From positions 736,001 through 800,000 of the forward strand of contig OZ271854.1 of NCBI GenBank assembly GCA_965601925.1: 64,000 bases of DNA. The letters run 5' to 3'. The position numbers were made by a program, and so were the translations under genes. The DNA comes from Alkalispirochaeta sp. (GTDB lineage: Bacteria; Spirochaetota; Spirochaetia; DSM-27196; Alkalispirochaetaceae). Below the pieces are notes generated by a model. The model did no database searches. It was not told where the DNA came from and saw only the letters and a list, made by a program, of their open reading frames with translations. Positions 55,817-64,000 of this stretch are shown in pieces. Numbering within the stretch: the stretch's first letter is position 1; every line of letters starts with the position of its first letter.

Positions 55817-57211
55817 ATGAACAGCCGAACTTCCCGCCTGGGCACCGACCCGACCCACCGTGTTCTGATGCGCCTGGCGCTTCCCGCCACCGCGAGCCTC
55901 CTCATCAATGCGACTTACAACGTCGTCGACTCCCTCTTCGTCGGACGCTTCGTCGGCACCGCCGGACTCGCCGCCGTCGGCCTCAACTTCCCGTTGATGA
56001 TCATGCTCATCGCAATGGGCATACTCGTCGGTGTGGGCGGTTCGGCACAGATTTCGCGACGTCTCGGCGCGGGCGATCCCGAGCGCGCCAACCGCGCCTT
56101 TGGTAGTTCATTGCTCTTGATTGCGACGCTCGGCGGATCCGTCATCGCTTTCGGTTCGCTCTTCTCACCCTTTTTGGTGCGCGTACTCGGTGCAAGCGAC
56201 GCGGTCTTTCCGATGGCACACCGGTACTTCGTGATCATCGTGTTGGGCTCGCCGCTGTTGATCGCCAACCAGGCACTCAACAACGTAGTGTACGCCGAAG
56301 GTGCCGGGACGGTAGGATTCGCGGCGCTTAGTATTTCGAGCATCATGAACATCGTACTGGACTGGCTCTTCATCGTCCGTTTCGGGTGGGGTGTCGGAGG
56401 CGCCGCGTGGGCTACGGTCATCAGCCAGGGTGTGGCGACGGCGATCATGCTCGGGTACTTCGCACTGCCGTACAGTCAACTCCGCCTCCACGTCTGTATG
56501 TGCCGCGCCGATATGTGGGAGACGGTGCGCGTCGGATTTTCCGCGTCGGTACGCACCTTGTCTGTCGTCTTTATGGCGCTGGTCATCAACCGAGCGGCGT
56601 TTCGAGCCCAGGGAGACCTGGGGATCGCGGTGGCGTCGGTGGTGTTTCGGGTCGTTAGCATCGTGGTACTTCCCGCGTTCGGCATCAATCAGGCGTATCT
56701 GCCGGTGGCGGCGTACAACTACGGCGCGGGAAAACACAAGCGCATGGTCAGCGCTACCTGGCAGTCGATTTTAATGGCCCTGGCGATCTGCTTTACGGCG
56801 AGCATCGCAATATCGATTCTGTCTATACCGATTGCGGAGCTGTTCAATAACGACGAAGCGTTCATCGCTACAGCGTCGCGGGGATTCCGCCGTTCCTTCA
56901 TCCTCACGCCCTTTATCATTTTTAACTTGGTCGGCGCGGGGCTCTTTCAAGCGCTCGGCGACGCGCGACGCAGCTTGTTGATCTCTCTTTCGCGCATGGT
57001 CTTTTTCATGTTGCCGCTCCTTGTGGTACTTCCGCGCTTTTTCGGCCTGGACGGCATCTGGCACTCGTTCCCGATCGGGGAGTTCTTCTCGGCGGCGTTT
57101 GCCACGGCCGTCACCCTCCCCCACTTGATGCGCCTGAACGGACACGGCGCGCTCGACGGATCCGCCGCCACGCCCTTAGACTCCGCGGAACCGGTGGCGA
57201 AGCGGGCGTAG
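55817..57211 (+). CDS. MATE family efflux transporter
   Basis: YNVVDSLFVG, NIVLDWLFI, GVGGAAWAT, YNYGAG; TTGTCC-17-TACTTT 7 nt before ATG. Confidence 0.9.
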   Translation: MNSRTSRLGTDPTHRVLMRLALPATASLLINATYNVVDSLFVGRFVGTAGLAAVGLNFPLMIMLIAMGILVGVGGSAQISRRLGAGDPERANRAFGSSLLLIATLGGSVIAFGSLFSPFLVRVLGASDAVFPMAHRYFVIIVLGSPLLIANQALNNVVYAEGAGTVGFAALSISSIMNIVLDWLFIVRFGWGVGGAAWATVISQGVATAIMLGYFALPYSQLRLHVCMCRADMWETVRVGFSASVRTLSVVFMALVINRAAFRAQGDLGIAVASVVFRVVSIVVLPAFGINQAYLPVAAYNYGAGKHKRMVSATWQSILMALAICFTASIAISILSIPIAELFNNDEAFIATASRGFRRSFILTPFIIFNLVGAGLFQALGDARRSLLISLSRMVFFMLPLLVVLPRFFGLDGIWHSFPIGEFFSAAFATAVTLPHLMRLNGHGALDGSAATPLDSAEPVAKRA

Positions 57212-57351
57212 AACTGCGTGAAGACTTCGCCGCTGCACGAAGCGATTCGACTGCGCGCGCACGATGTCGGCGGACTCGTCCCCGGAGGCCGTTGTGATCG
57301 AGTTCTCGGATGCCCCGGCGAAGCCGGTGCAGGCCGAACACTGGAGTAGCG

Positions 57352-58299
57352 CTAACCCAACCGTATCCGCGGATTAAGCAGCGCAAAGAGCAGATCGGCG
57401 GCCAAATTTGCCAGGGAGTAACACAACACGATCAGCACGGAGATCGCTTGGAGCACCGGCAGGTTCTTCTGTGTCACGGCAGTAACCAGCAGCGATCCGA
57501 TTCCCGGGTAGTTGAACACACTCTCGATAACGACCAATCCACCCATGAGCCAACCGATCGACAAAGCGATAACAGCGATAGTCGGCAGGAGCGCATTGCG
57601 CAGCACGTGACCGAGCACGACTCGGCGACGCCGTAGTCCCTTAACGATGGCGGTACGCACGTACGGTTTTTTAAGCTCCTCCAGCATTCCGGCTCTCGTG
57701 ATGCGGGTGATATACCCGACAAGCACCAATCCGGCCGTAGCGGCAGGCAGCGCCAGCGTGCGTAGCCATTGCCACAACGACATATCGGAACCGATTGAGG
57801 TAGTAGCCTGAAACCATCCCAAGCCGATCGCGAAGACGTTGATCAGAAAGACCCCGGTGACGAACTCGGGCAACCCGACTACCGAAAGCGACAGTACCGA
57901 GATGACGTTGTCGACCCACGTGTCCTCCCATAGCGCGGCAACCAGCCCTAAGGTCAACGACAGCGGCACGATGAGTATGAGCGTAAACCCGGCCAAACGC
58001 AGCGAGTTTCCCAGCCGCGCAACGACCAACGGTCGGACCGGCGGGTTTCCGGCGGTGAAGGAGCGCCCCCAGTCGGCGGTGACGAAACCGCCAAGCCAGT
58101 TAAGATAACGCCGGAGCGGGGGTGTATCGAGACCGAACTCGGCGTTGAAGTTCGCCACGGCAACCGGTGAGGCGTCCCGGCCAAGCACCAATCGTGCGAC
58201 GTCGCCCGGTAGTAGACTGGTAAGGGCGTAGATGACGAAAGAGGTCACCAGTAACGTCAACACCAACAACAAAAGACGCCGTATGACGTAGTTGGTCAT
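57352..58299 (-). CDS. Peptide/nickel ABC transporter permease (DppB-like)
   Basis: LPGD.A, DWGRS, YVRTAIVKGL, HVLRNALLP, ESVFNYPGIG, LNPRIR. Confidence 0.92.
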   Translation of the reverse strand: MTNYVIRRLLLLVLTLLVTSFVIYALTSLLPGDVARLVLGRDASPVAVANFNAEFGLDTPPLRRYLNWLGGFVTADWGRSFTAGNPPVRPLVVARLGNSLRLAGFTLILIVPLSLTLGLVAALWEDTWVDNVISVLSLSVVGLPEFVTGVFLINVFAIGLGWFQATTSIGSDMSLWQWLRTLALPAATAGLVLVGYITRITRAGMLEELKKPYVRTAIVKGLRRRRVVLGHVLRNALLPTIAVIALSIGWLMGGLVVIESVFNYPGIGSLLVTAVTQKNLPVLQAISVLIVLCYSLANLAADLLFALLNPRIRLG

Positions 58300-60389
58300 C
58301 CGGGCGCCCCCGAGTGGGGCCGGTGTGAAGCCTGCATCGCCCGGAGCTGATCCAGTCGGTAGTGACAACGAATCTCAAGGCCGTTGGCGGTAGTGCGCGT
58401 CGGCGGTGCGGTCGTCTCGCAGATCGAACCGATCTTACGGGGACAGCGGGTGTGAAACGCGCAGCCCGTTGGACGATTTCTCGGCGACGGAGCCTCCCCG
58501 GTAAGGGCGATCGGGTGCCGCCTGACGCGGGGATCCGGGAGCGGAATCGCCGAAAGCAGCGCCTCGGTGTAGGGGTGCGAGGGCGCGGCCAACACCGCAT
58601 CGGTCGGACCCTGCTCCACAATCTCGCCGAGGTACATCACCGCGATGCGATCGGCCAGATAGCGCACGACCGCCAAATCGTGGGAGATGATCACATACGA
58701 AATACCCTCGCGGGCGCGTAGATCCTTCAATAGGTTGAGAATCACCGCTTGGACCGAAACGTCCAGCGAGGAGGTCGGCTCGTCGGCGACGATCAGCGCC
58801 GGCTTAGATGCAAACGCCCGCGCGATCGCCACCCGTTGTTTTTCGCCGCCGGACAGGCGCGACGGCAGACGATCGTAGTACTTCGCGGGTAACCCGACCG
58901 CGTTCAACAGCGCCTCAACGCGCGAGCGCAGCTGCGTTCGATCCGCCGATTCCGGCGCAAGCTTGCGGATCGTCCTCCCGATCGTCTGGCCGACGGTACG
59001 GTACGGATTGAGCGAATCGTCCGGATTCTGAAACACGATGCGCAGATTGCGGAGCGTTTCACGCTCGCGATCACCGAGGCGCAGCGCGATGGGCCGATCC
59101 ATGAGGCGAAGCGAACCGCGGTCCGCCTCCGCAAGCGCGAGAATTGAGCGTGCCAGCGTCGTCTTGCCGCTACCGCTCTCGCCGACCAGGCCGAACGTCG
59201 AACCTGCGGCGACACGAATTGACGCTCCGTTGAGCGCTTGAACGACGTCGCGTGTGGCGCGGCCGGGCAACAACGACGTTCGACGCGGGGCGAACCACTT
59301 GACGATATCGGTCGCTTCCAGCACCGGCGGCCGCGCCGACGACGACCGGACGGCGTGCCGTCTATTCGGCAGCTCCGCGCCGGGTAACGAAGTGTCGCGC
59401 CAGTGCCAGCAGCGAACCGTGCGCCGGTCTTCGATGGGCTCCAAGGGCGGCTTCTCGGCGTGACACTTGGCCGTCGCCAGGGGACAGCGCGGGGCGAATA
59501 CGCACGCCGAGCTGCGCTCCGCCAAGGACGGCGCTATCCCCGAGATCGTCGTCAGCCGCGAATCGTCGCCGGTCGCCGCACTGGGAAGGCACGCGAGCAA
59601 GCCCGCAGTGTACGGGTGGCGCGGCGCGGTAAAGAGCGCGTCGACCGGGGCGCTCTCCATTACCTCGCCCGCGTACAACACCGTGACGTAATCGCACAAC
59701 TGCGCTACGGCGCCCAAATCGTGGGACACGTAGAGCGCTGCGGCGTGTTCGGCGGCGATAAGGTCGCGCAGCAGATCCAGAATCACCGCCTGGGTCGTTA
59801 CGTCGAGTGCGGTCGTCGGCTCGTCGAGCACCACGAGCGCGGGACGGGTGCTCAGCGCCATCGCGATCATGACCCGCTGCAGCATACCGCCGGACAGTTG
59901 GTGCGGATAACGCCGTATCACGCGCTCCGGATCCGCAATCTGCACCTGCCGCAGCGCCGCGACGGCTCGGTCAATCGCCGCGGACTCCGAGAGGTGGTCG
60001 TGACGCCGCGTAGTCTCGGTCATCTGTCTCCCGATACGCAACGACGGATTCAGCGCCTCCATCGGGTTTTGCGGCACCAGCGTGATCCGGGAACCCCACA
60101 CCCCCTCGAGCTCGCGATCGGTCATCGTGTGTAAATCGGCATCGCCGAACCGGATGCTACCCTTGGTGATTCGCGCGTTGTGGGCCAAGTAGCGCATGAT
60201 CGCCAGGCCGAGGGTCGATTTTCCGCTCCCGCTCTCACCGACCAAACCGTGCGTCTGTAACGGCAAGATTTTTAGATCGACGTCCCGAATCGCGTCGAAC
60301 CACCGCCTCCCGATCTTGTAGCCGACCGAAAGGCCGGCTACGTCGATGACCGGTCGTGGGGCCACATCAGTCCTCGTTACGTAAGACAC
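58296..60389 (-). CDS. Peptide/nickel ABC transporter fused double ATPase (DppD-DppF)
   Basis: Two GESGSGK Walker A, LSGG signatures, HPYT and C.F..RCP oligo-HPY domains; start uncertain. Confidence 0.92.
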   Translation of the reverse strand: MSYVTRTDVAPRPVIDVAGLSVGYKIGRRWFDAIRDVDLKILPLQTHGLVGESGSGKSTLGLAIMRYLAHNARITKGSIRFGDADLHTMTDRELEGVWGSRITLVPQNPMEALNPSLRIGRQMTETTRRHDHLSESAAIDRAVAALRQVQIADPERVIRRYPHQLSGGMLQRVMIAMALSTRPALVVLDEPTTALDVTTQAVILDLLRDLIAAEHAAALYVSHDLGAVAQLCDYVTVLYAGEVMESAPVDALFTAPRHPYTAGLLACLPSAATGDDSRLTTISGIAPSLAERSSACVFAPRCPLATAKCHAEKPPLEPIEDRRTVRCWHWRDTSLPGAELPNRRHAVRSSSARPPVLEATDIVKWFAPRRTSLLPGRATRDVVQALNGASIRVAAGSTFGLVGESGSGKTTLARSILALAEADRGSLRLMDRPIALRLGDRERETLRNLRIVFQNPDDSLNPYRTVGQTIGRTIRKLAPESADRTQLRSRVEALLNAVGLPAKYYDRLPSRLSGGEKQRVAIARAFASKPALIVADEPTSSLDVSVQAVILNLLKDLRAREGISYVIISHDLAVVRYLADRIAVMYLGEIVEQGPTDAVLAAPSHPYTEALLSAIPLPDPRVRRHPIALTGEAPSPRNRPTGCAFHTRCPRKIGSICETTAPPTRTTANGLEIRCHYRLDQLRAMQASHRPHSGAPG

Positions 60390-61263
60390 GGCGCAGTCCG
60401 TCGGACATCAAGTTGACGCTGATGATCAGCAACGCGATCGCCGCCACCGGATACCACAGCTCCCACGGTGCATCGGCAAACTGGGTACGGGCGTCGAGCA
60501 CCATCCGGCCCCATTCCGGCGACGGTGGTTGCACGCCCAACCCGAGGAATCCGAGGGAGGTCACCAAGATGATCGCGTAGGAGAAGCGGAGCGCGGCCTC
60601 GACGATAACGACCGGCCACACGCCGGGCAGAATCTGGCGCAGCACGATGTGTCCGATCCGCTCACCGCGTAACCGCGCCTCTTCGATGTAGCCGCGATCG
60701 CGTATCGAGAAGGTCGCGCTCCGGGTAACGCGAGCGATAATGGGGACGTACACAATGACAATAACGGCGGTAAGGCTGATATTCTGTGCGCCCAACAACG
60801 GGACGATCCCGGTTTCGCGGGCCGAGAGGACCGGAACGATCGTCGAAATCGCAACCAGTGCGAGCACCATGGTAGGGATGGACACCAAACCGTCGAGCAC
60901 ACGAGAGGCGATATCGTCCACGACGCCGCCCACATAGCCCAAGAGTAGTCCTAACGGCGCGCCGAGCACTACCGAGAGCGCGGTGGCGACCAGAGGCAAT
61001 CCGATCGTCTCCCGCCCACCCCACAGTAGGCGACTCAACACATCGCGCCCGCGCTGATCGGTTCCCAGGCGGAAGGTCTGCGACGGCGCCTGGCTGACCA
61101 GTGCGCGGCGACTCTCGAGTCCGATGTCGGTACCGCGGATCACCCGGTCGAAGGGATACGGAGCGAGCGACGGACCGAGCACCGTGACCACGAGAAAGAA
61201 CGCTACGCCCACACTGCCCGCCAGAATCGACGGGCGTGCGAGCAACGTTTTGACGACCGTCAT
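60367..61263 (-). CDS. Peptide/nickel ABC transporter permease (DppC-like)
   Basis: LGTDQRGRDVLSR, YIEEARLRG, LGFLGLG.QPP.PEWG, DGLR. Confidence 0.92.
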   Translation of the reverse strand: MTVVKTLLARPSILAGSVGVAFFLVVTVLGPSLAPYPFDRVIRGTDIGLESRRALVSQAPSQTFRLGTDQRGRDVLSRLLWGGRETIGLPLVATALSVVLGAPLGLLLGYVGGVVDDIASRVLDGLVSIPTMVLALVAISTIVPVLSARETGIVPLLGAQNISLTAVIVIVYVPIIARVTRSATFSIRDRGYIEEARLRGERIGHIVLRQILPGVWPVVIVEAALRFSYAIILVTSLGFLGLGVQPPSPEWGRMVLDARTQFADAPWELWYPVAAIALLIISVNLMSDGLRRVLRNED

Positions 61264-61271
61264 TGTACCGA

Positions 61272-62882
61272 CTACCTGACGCTTACCTCGCGAAAATCGG
61301 TCCGTCCGGGAAATGGATGCATATCTAAGCCGACGACCCTGTCGTTGTGCGCACCGACGACGGGGCGGAAGTAGGGGATGAGGATCGGACCCTCGGCGAG
61401 GAAAATACCGCTTATTGCGTCGTACAGCTGCGCTCGCTCCGTGAGGTCGGCCGTTCGAGACGCCTCGGCCGCGAGTCGATCCAACTCCGCATTGGACCAC
61501 GCGGACTCGTTGAACGCGGCACCGGTCGTGTAGGCGACGCTCAAGTACTCCTGCGGCGTCGGCCGCTCGCCCCAGGCGGTCATGCCCAACTGGGTGTTGA
61601 TCCAGTTGTTGTCGCCGTCGGCGTAGTAGACGTTCTCCGGCACAACGGTGAGATCCACGAAGATGTTCGATTCGCGCCACTGCTGTTGGAGGAACTCCGC
61701 AACAAGACCGTACTCCCACGTATCCCCGACGTAGAACTCGACTTCGATACGAGCCTGCCCGTCGACCGTGCGTACGTAGCCGTTGCCGGTACCGTCCGCG
61801 GCAACTTGAGCAATCAACTCTCGGGCGCGTGCGGGATCGTGCGGTTGATTCTCTTGCGGGTTGTAGAGCGCACCATACGTTGGACCGATTGGATCGTTAT
61901 TGCCGACCACGCCCGCGCCGTCCAGCGCATCGAGGTTGATCAGCTCGCGATCGGTAGCGTATTTGAACGCCTGTCGAATCCGCACGTCTTCTCCGATCGA
62001 GCCGTCGTCGGCACGCAAGCGAACGACCGGATGGGTGTTGGTCGGTCGATTGAGCACCGTCGCGTCCGGTACGCGTGATAGCGCTGCGACCAAATCGTCG
62101 GGAACCTTGATGATGAAGTCCAAAGCGCCGCTGCGAAACGCGTCGAGCTGTGACTGATCGTCGTCAAAGAATACCAACTCAACGCGGTCGAGTGCCGGCC
62201 GACCGGCCCAGTAGTCTGCATTGGCGTTGAACACGGCGCGCTCGTCCGGCGCATACTGTTCCAAGACAAATGCACCGGTACCGTTGAAGTTGACGTACGG
62301 ATCCGCGCCGTCGGCGATCACGTTGACCGCCTCACTTTGGCTGGAAAGAATTAGCGAGAAGCGCGACGCGACGCCGAAGAGGAAATCGGCGTTCGGTTCT
62401 TCGAGTCGAAAGACCACCGTTAGCTCGTCGAGCGCTTCGACGGTCCACGACGCGCTTCCGTCCTCGCGCGTCCCCAACAGTCCTACGATCGACGAGCCCT
62501 CGCGCACTAATCGGTCGAACGTAAAGACGACGTCCTCGGCGTCGAACGACGATCCGTCTTGGAAAGACACATCGGGTCGCAAGAAGAACGTGAACGTACG
62601 GCCGTCCGCACCGGTCTCCCATCCGGTCGCGAGGCTGGGCGCCAATGAGCCGTCCGGCAAGATTTCGACCAGGTAGTCGTACTGTAATCGGTTGAACATC
62701 ACCTCCGGATCGTTGGCGCCGAGCGCCGGATCGATTGTGGTGAGTTTACGCAGCCCGACGCGAAGCACCTGCTCAGGTGCGGCCTCCGATTCCTCCTCGG
62801 CACTCGGCGCCGCGTACAGGGCAAAGGATACGAACAGGAGGAACAATGGGGTAAGAAGCCGCAACAAGCGTGTATTGTGCAT
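61272..62882 (-). CDS. Peptide/nickel ABC transporter substrate-binding protein (family 5)
   Basis: Signal peptide; PSLATGW, FQDGS.FDAEDVVFT, GTGAF, D.RIRQA. Confidence 0.92.
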   Translation of the reverse strand: MHNTRLLRLLTPLFLLFVSFALYAAPSAEEESEAAPEQVLRVGLRKLTTIDPALGANDPEVMFNRLQYDYLVEILPDGSLAPSLATGWETGADGRTFTFFLRPDVSFQDGSSFDAEDVVFTFDRLVREGSSIVGLLGTREDGSASWTVEALDELTVVFRLEEPNADFLFGVASRFSLILSSQSEAVNVIADGADPYVNFNGTGAFVLEQYAPDERAVFNANADYWAGRPALDRVELVFFDDDQSQLDAFRSGALDFIIKVPDDLVAALSRVPDATVLNRPTNTHPVVRLRADDGSIGEDVRIRQAFKYATDRELINLDALDGAGVVGNNDPIGPTYGALYNPQENQPHDPARARELIAQVAADGTGNGYVRTVDGQARIEVEFYVGDTWEYGLVAEFLQQQWRESNIFVDLTVVPENVYYADGDNNWINTQLGMTAWGERPTPQEYLSVAYTTGAAFNESAWSNAELDRLAAEASRTADLTERAQLYDAISGIFLAEGPILIPYFRPVVGAHNDRVVGLDMHPFPGRTDFREVSVR

Positions 62883-62933
62883 AGCAATTCCTTTAGAGGC
62901 GGTGTGTCGCCCGCGCCCGAGTTTTGATTTGAG

Positions 62934-62947
62934 CTGTACTAGTACAG
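62934..62947. promoter_or_regulatory. Perfect 14-bp palindrome, putative operator of the ABC operon
   Basis: CTGTACTAGTACAG about 50 bp upstream of the SBP start. Confidence 0.55.
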
Positions 62948-63083
62948 TTGTAACTCGGCGTGTTATTGCAATATACCCTCGCCGAGCGCCCGCGGTGAAG
63001 CCGAAGCGGCCGGAGATTGAAGTTTCAACGCCGCGACGGTGAGCGGCGGGAGCGGCCGGCGGCGAAGCGGGCGTAGTACCGCA

Positions 63084-63956
63084 TTACGTCGTAAACCGAG
63101 GATCGTGCGGTCGCGCTACAACCGCCGAAAGGGCTCGAACGGCGGGAAACTCGGCGACGTCTTTCCGGTGCACCCAGTAGGTTCGCACAACGGGGAGTCT
63201 CGTCGTCGGTTCCACGATACGTACCGAGTGGCGTGACGCTTCGGCAATGACTCTTGGAAGCGCCGTTATTCCCATACCGGCAGCGGTACAACCGAGCACG
63301 GCATCGAGTCCTCGAAACTCCTGCGTGCTCCGTGGATGAATGCCGGACGCGGAAAACCACTCCTCGAGAGCGGATCGATATCTACACCCTCGCGGAAACG
63401 CAATGATAGCATCACGCTCGCCGGGTGGACCGGGAGCACGTTCGAGTGACGTAACGAGGACCAGTTCGTCCTCTCGTACGAAGTGACGTTGCAGCGCCTT
63501 GTCGGTGGCGTCGCTCTCAATAAAGGCGGCGTCGAGCCGATAGTCGAGCAGTCCCTCGATAAGCGTTGCGCTTTCCTGCGTATCGATCGAAAGCCTGAGG
63601 TGCGGTAACGCCGAATGGACGGTCCGGGCGACGTGCGGAAGGTGCACCGCCGCGAATGTGTCGGTCGTCCCGATTCTCAGCTCGCCGGAGAGGTCGTTCC
63701 CCAGAGCAAAGGTACGATGAATCTGTTCAACCGTTCCCAGGAGCTTCTCCGCGTGAGGAAGGAGTCGACGGCCACTCGGGGTGAGCTCCATACCGCGACT
63801 CTTGCGAAAGAAAAGCTGCGTTGAGAGCGTTTCCTCAAGTTGAGCGATCCGAGCCGATACGTTCGGCTGCACGTAATGCAGCGCCTTAGCGGCCGCCGAA
63901 ACCGATCCCAGTTTCGCCACCGTTGCGAAGACGCGAAGCAGTCCGATTTCCACCAT
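63084..63956 (-). CDS. LysR family regulator
   Basis: GSVSAAAKALHYVQPNVSARI.QLE..L...LF.R..RG..LT..G. Confidence 0.93.
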   Translation of the reverse strand: MVEIGLLRVFATVAKLGSVSAAAKALHYVQPNVSARIAQLEETLSTQLFFRKSRGMELTPSGRRLLPHAEKLLGTVEQIHRTFALGNDLSGELRIGTTDTFAAVHLPHVARTVHSALPHLRLSIDTQESATLIEGLLDYRLDAAFIESDATDKALQRHFVREDELVLVTSLERAPGPPGERDAIIAFPRGCRYRSALEEWFSASGIHPRSTQEFRGLDAVLGCTAAGMGITALPRVIAEASRHSVRIVEPTTRLPVVRTYWVHRKDVAEFPAVRALSAVVARPHDPRFTT

Positions 63957-63971
63957 GATATGAGATAATAT

Positions 63972-63986
63972 ATCACCGAAAATGAT
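63972..63986. promoter_or_regulatory. LysR box (T-N11-A)
   Basis: ATCA-N7-TGAT just upstream of lysR. Confidence 0.6.
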
Positions 63987-64000
63987 GGATAGATACATTA

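Noticed and set aside
1..64000. CRISPR arrays, tRNA/rRNA, IS elements, prophage, riboswitches
   Set aside because: No regular repeat-spacer pattern, RNA-gene signature, transposase or integrase recognised by eye; a covariance-model search was not possible

Overview
GC-rich bacterial chromosomal window, most likely from a free-living spirochaete. The evidence is indirect: AGGQxE-type N-termini on exported proteins and a Na+-centred bioenergetic gene set that would suit a saline or alkaline habitat. About 60 protein-coding genes are present; I recognised no rRNA, tRNA, CRISPR array or transposase. Routine content: Fe3+ ABC transporter, K+-dependent (probably Na+-pumping) pyrophosphatase, split-subunit Mrp antiporter cluster, peptide/nickel ABC transporter, several TetR/MarR/LysR/AraC regulators with visible palindromic operators, MATE/MFS/LysE exporters, a NarL-type two-component system and DNA repair genes (tag, EndoQ-UvrD fusion). 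The strongest leads are: (1) a cstA - small protein - Get3/ArsA-like ATPase cluster bracketed by two paralogous single-pass membrane proteins that resemble, from memory, eukaryotic CCDC47 (PAT complex), a candidate dedicated membrane-protein biogenesis or regulation module; (2) a chemoreceptor with a circularly permuted sugar-binding-protein domain inserted on the cytoplasmic side between HAMP and signalling domains; (3) a GNAT fused to an apparently catalytically dead site-2-protease-like membrane domain; (4) a duplicated MrpD whose second copy lacks the central lysine; (5) many genes with leaderless-type promoters; (6) an AT-rich tandem lipoprotein pair with one decayed copy. All family assignments come from motif reading by eye; no searches were run.
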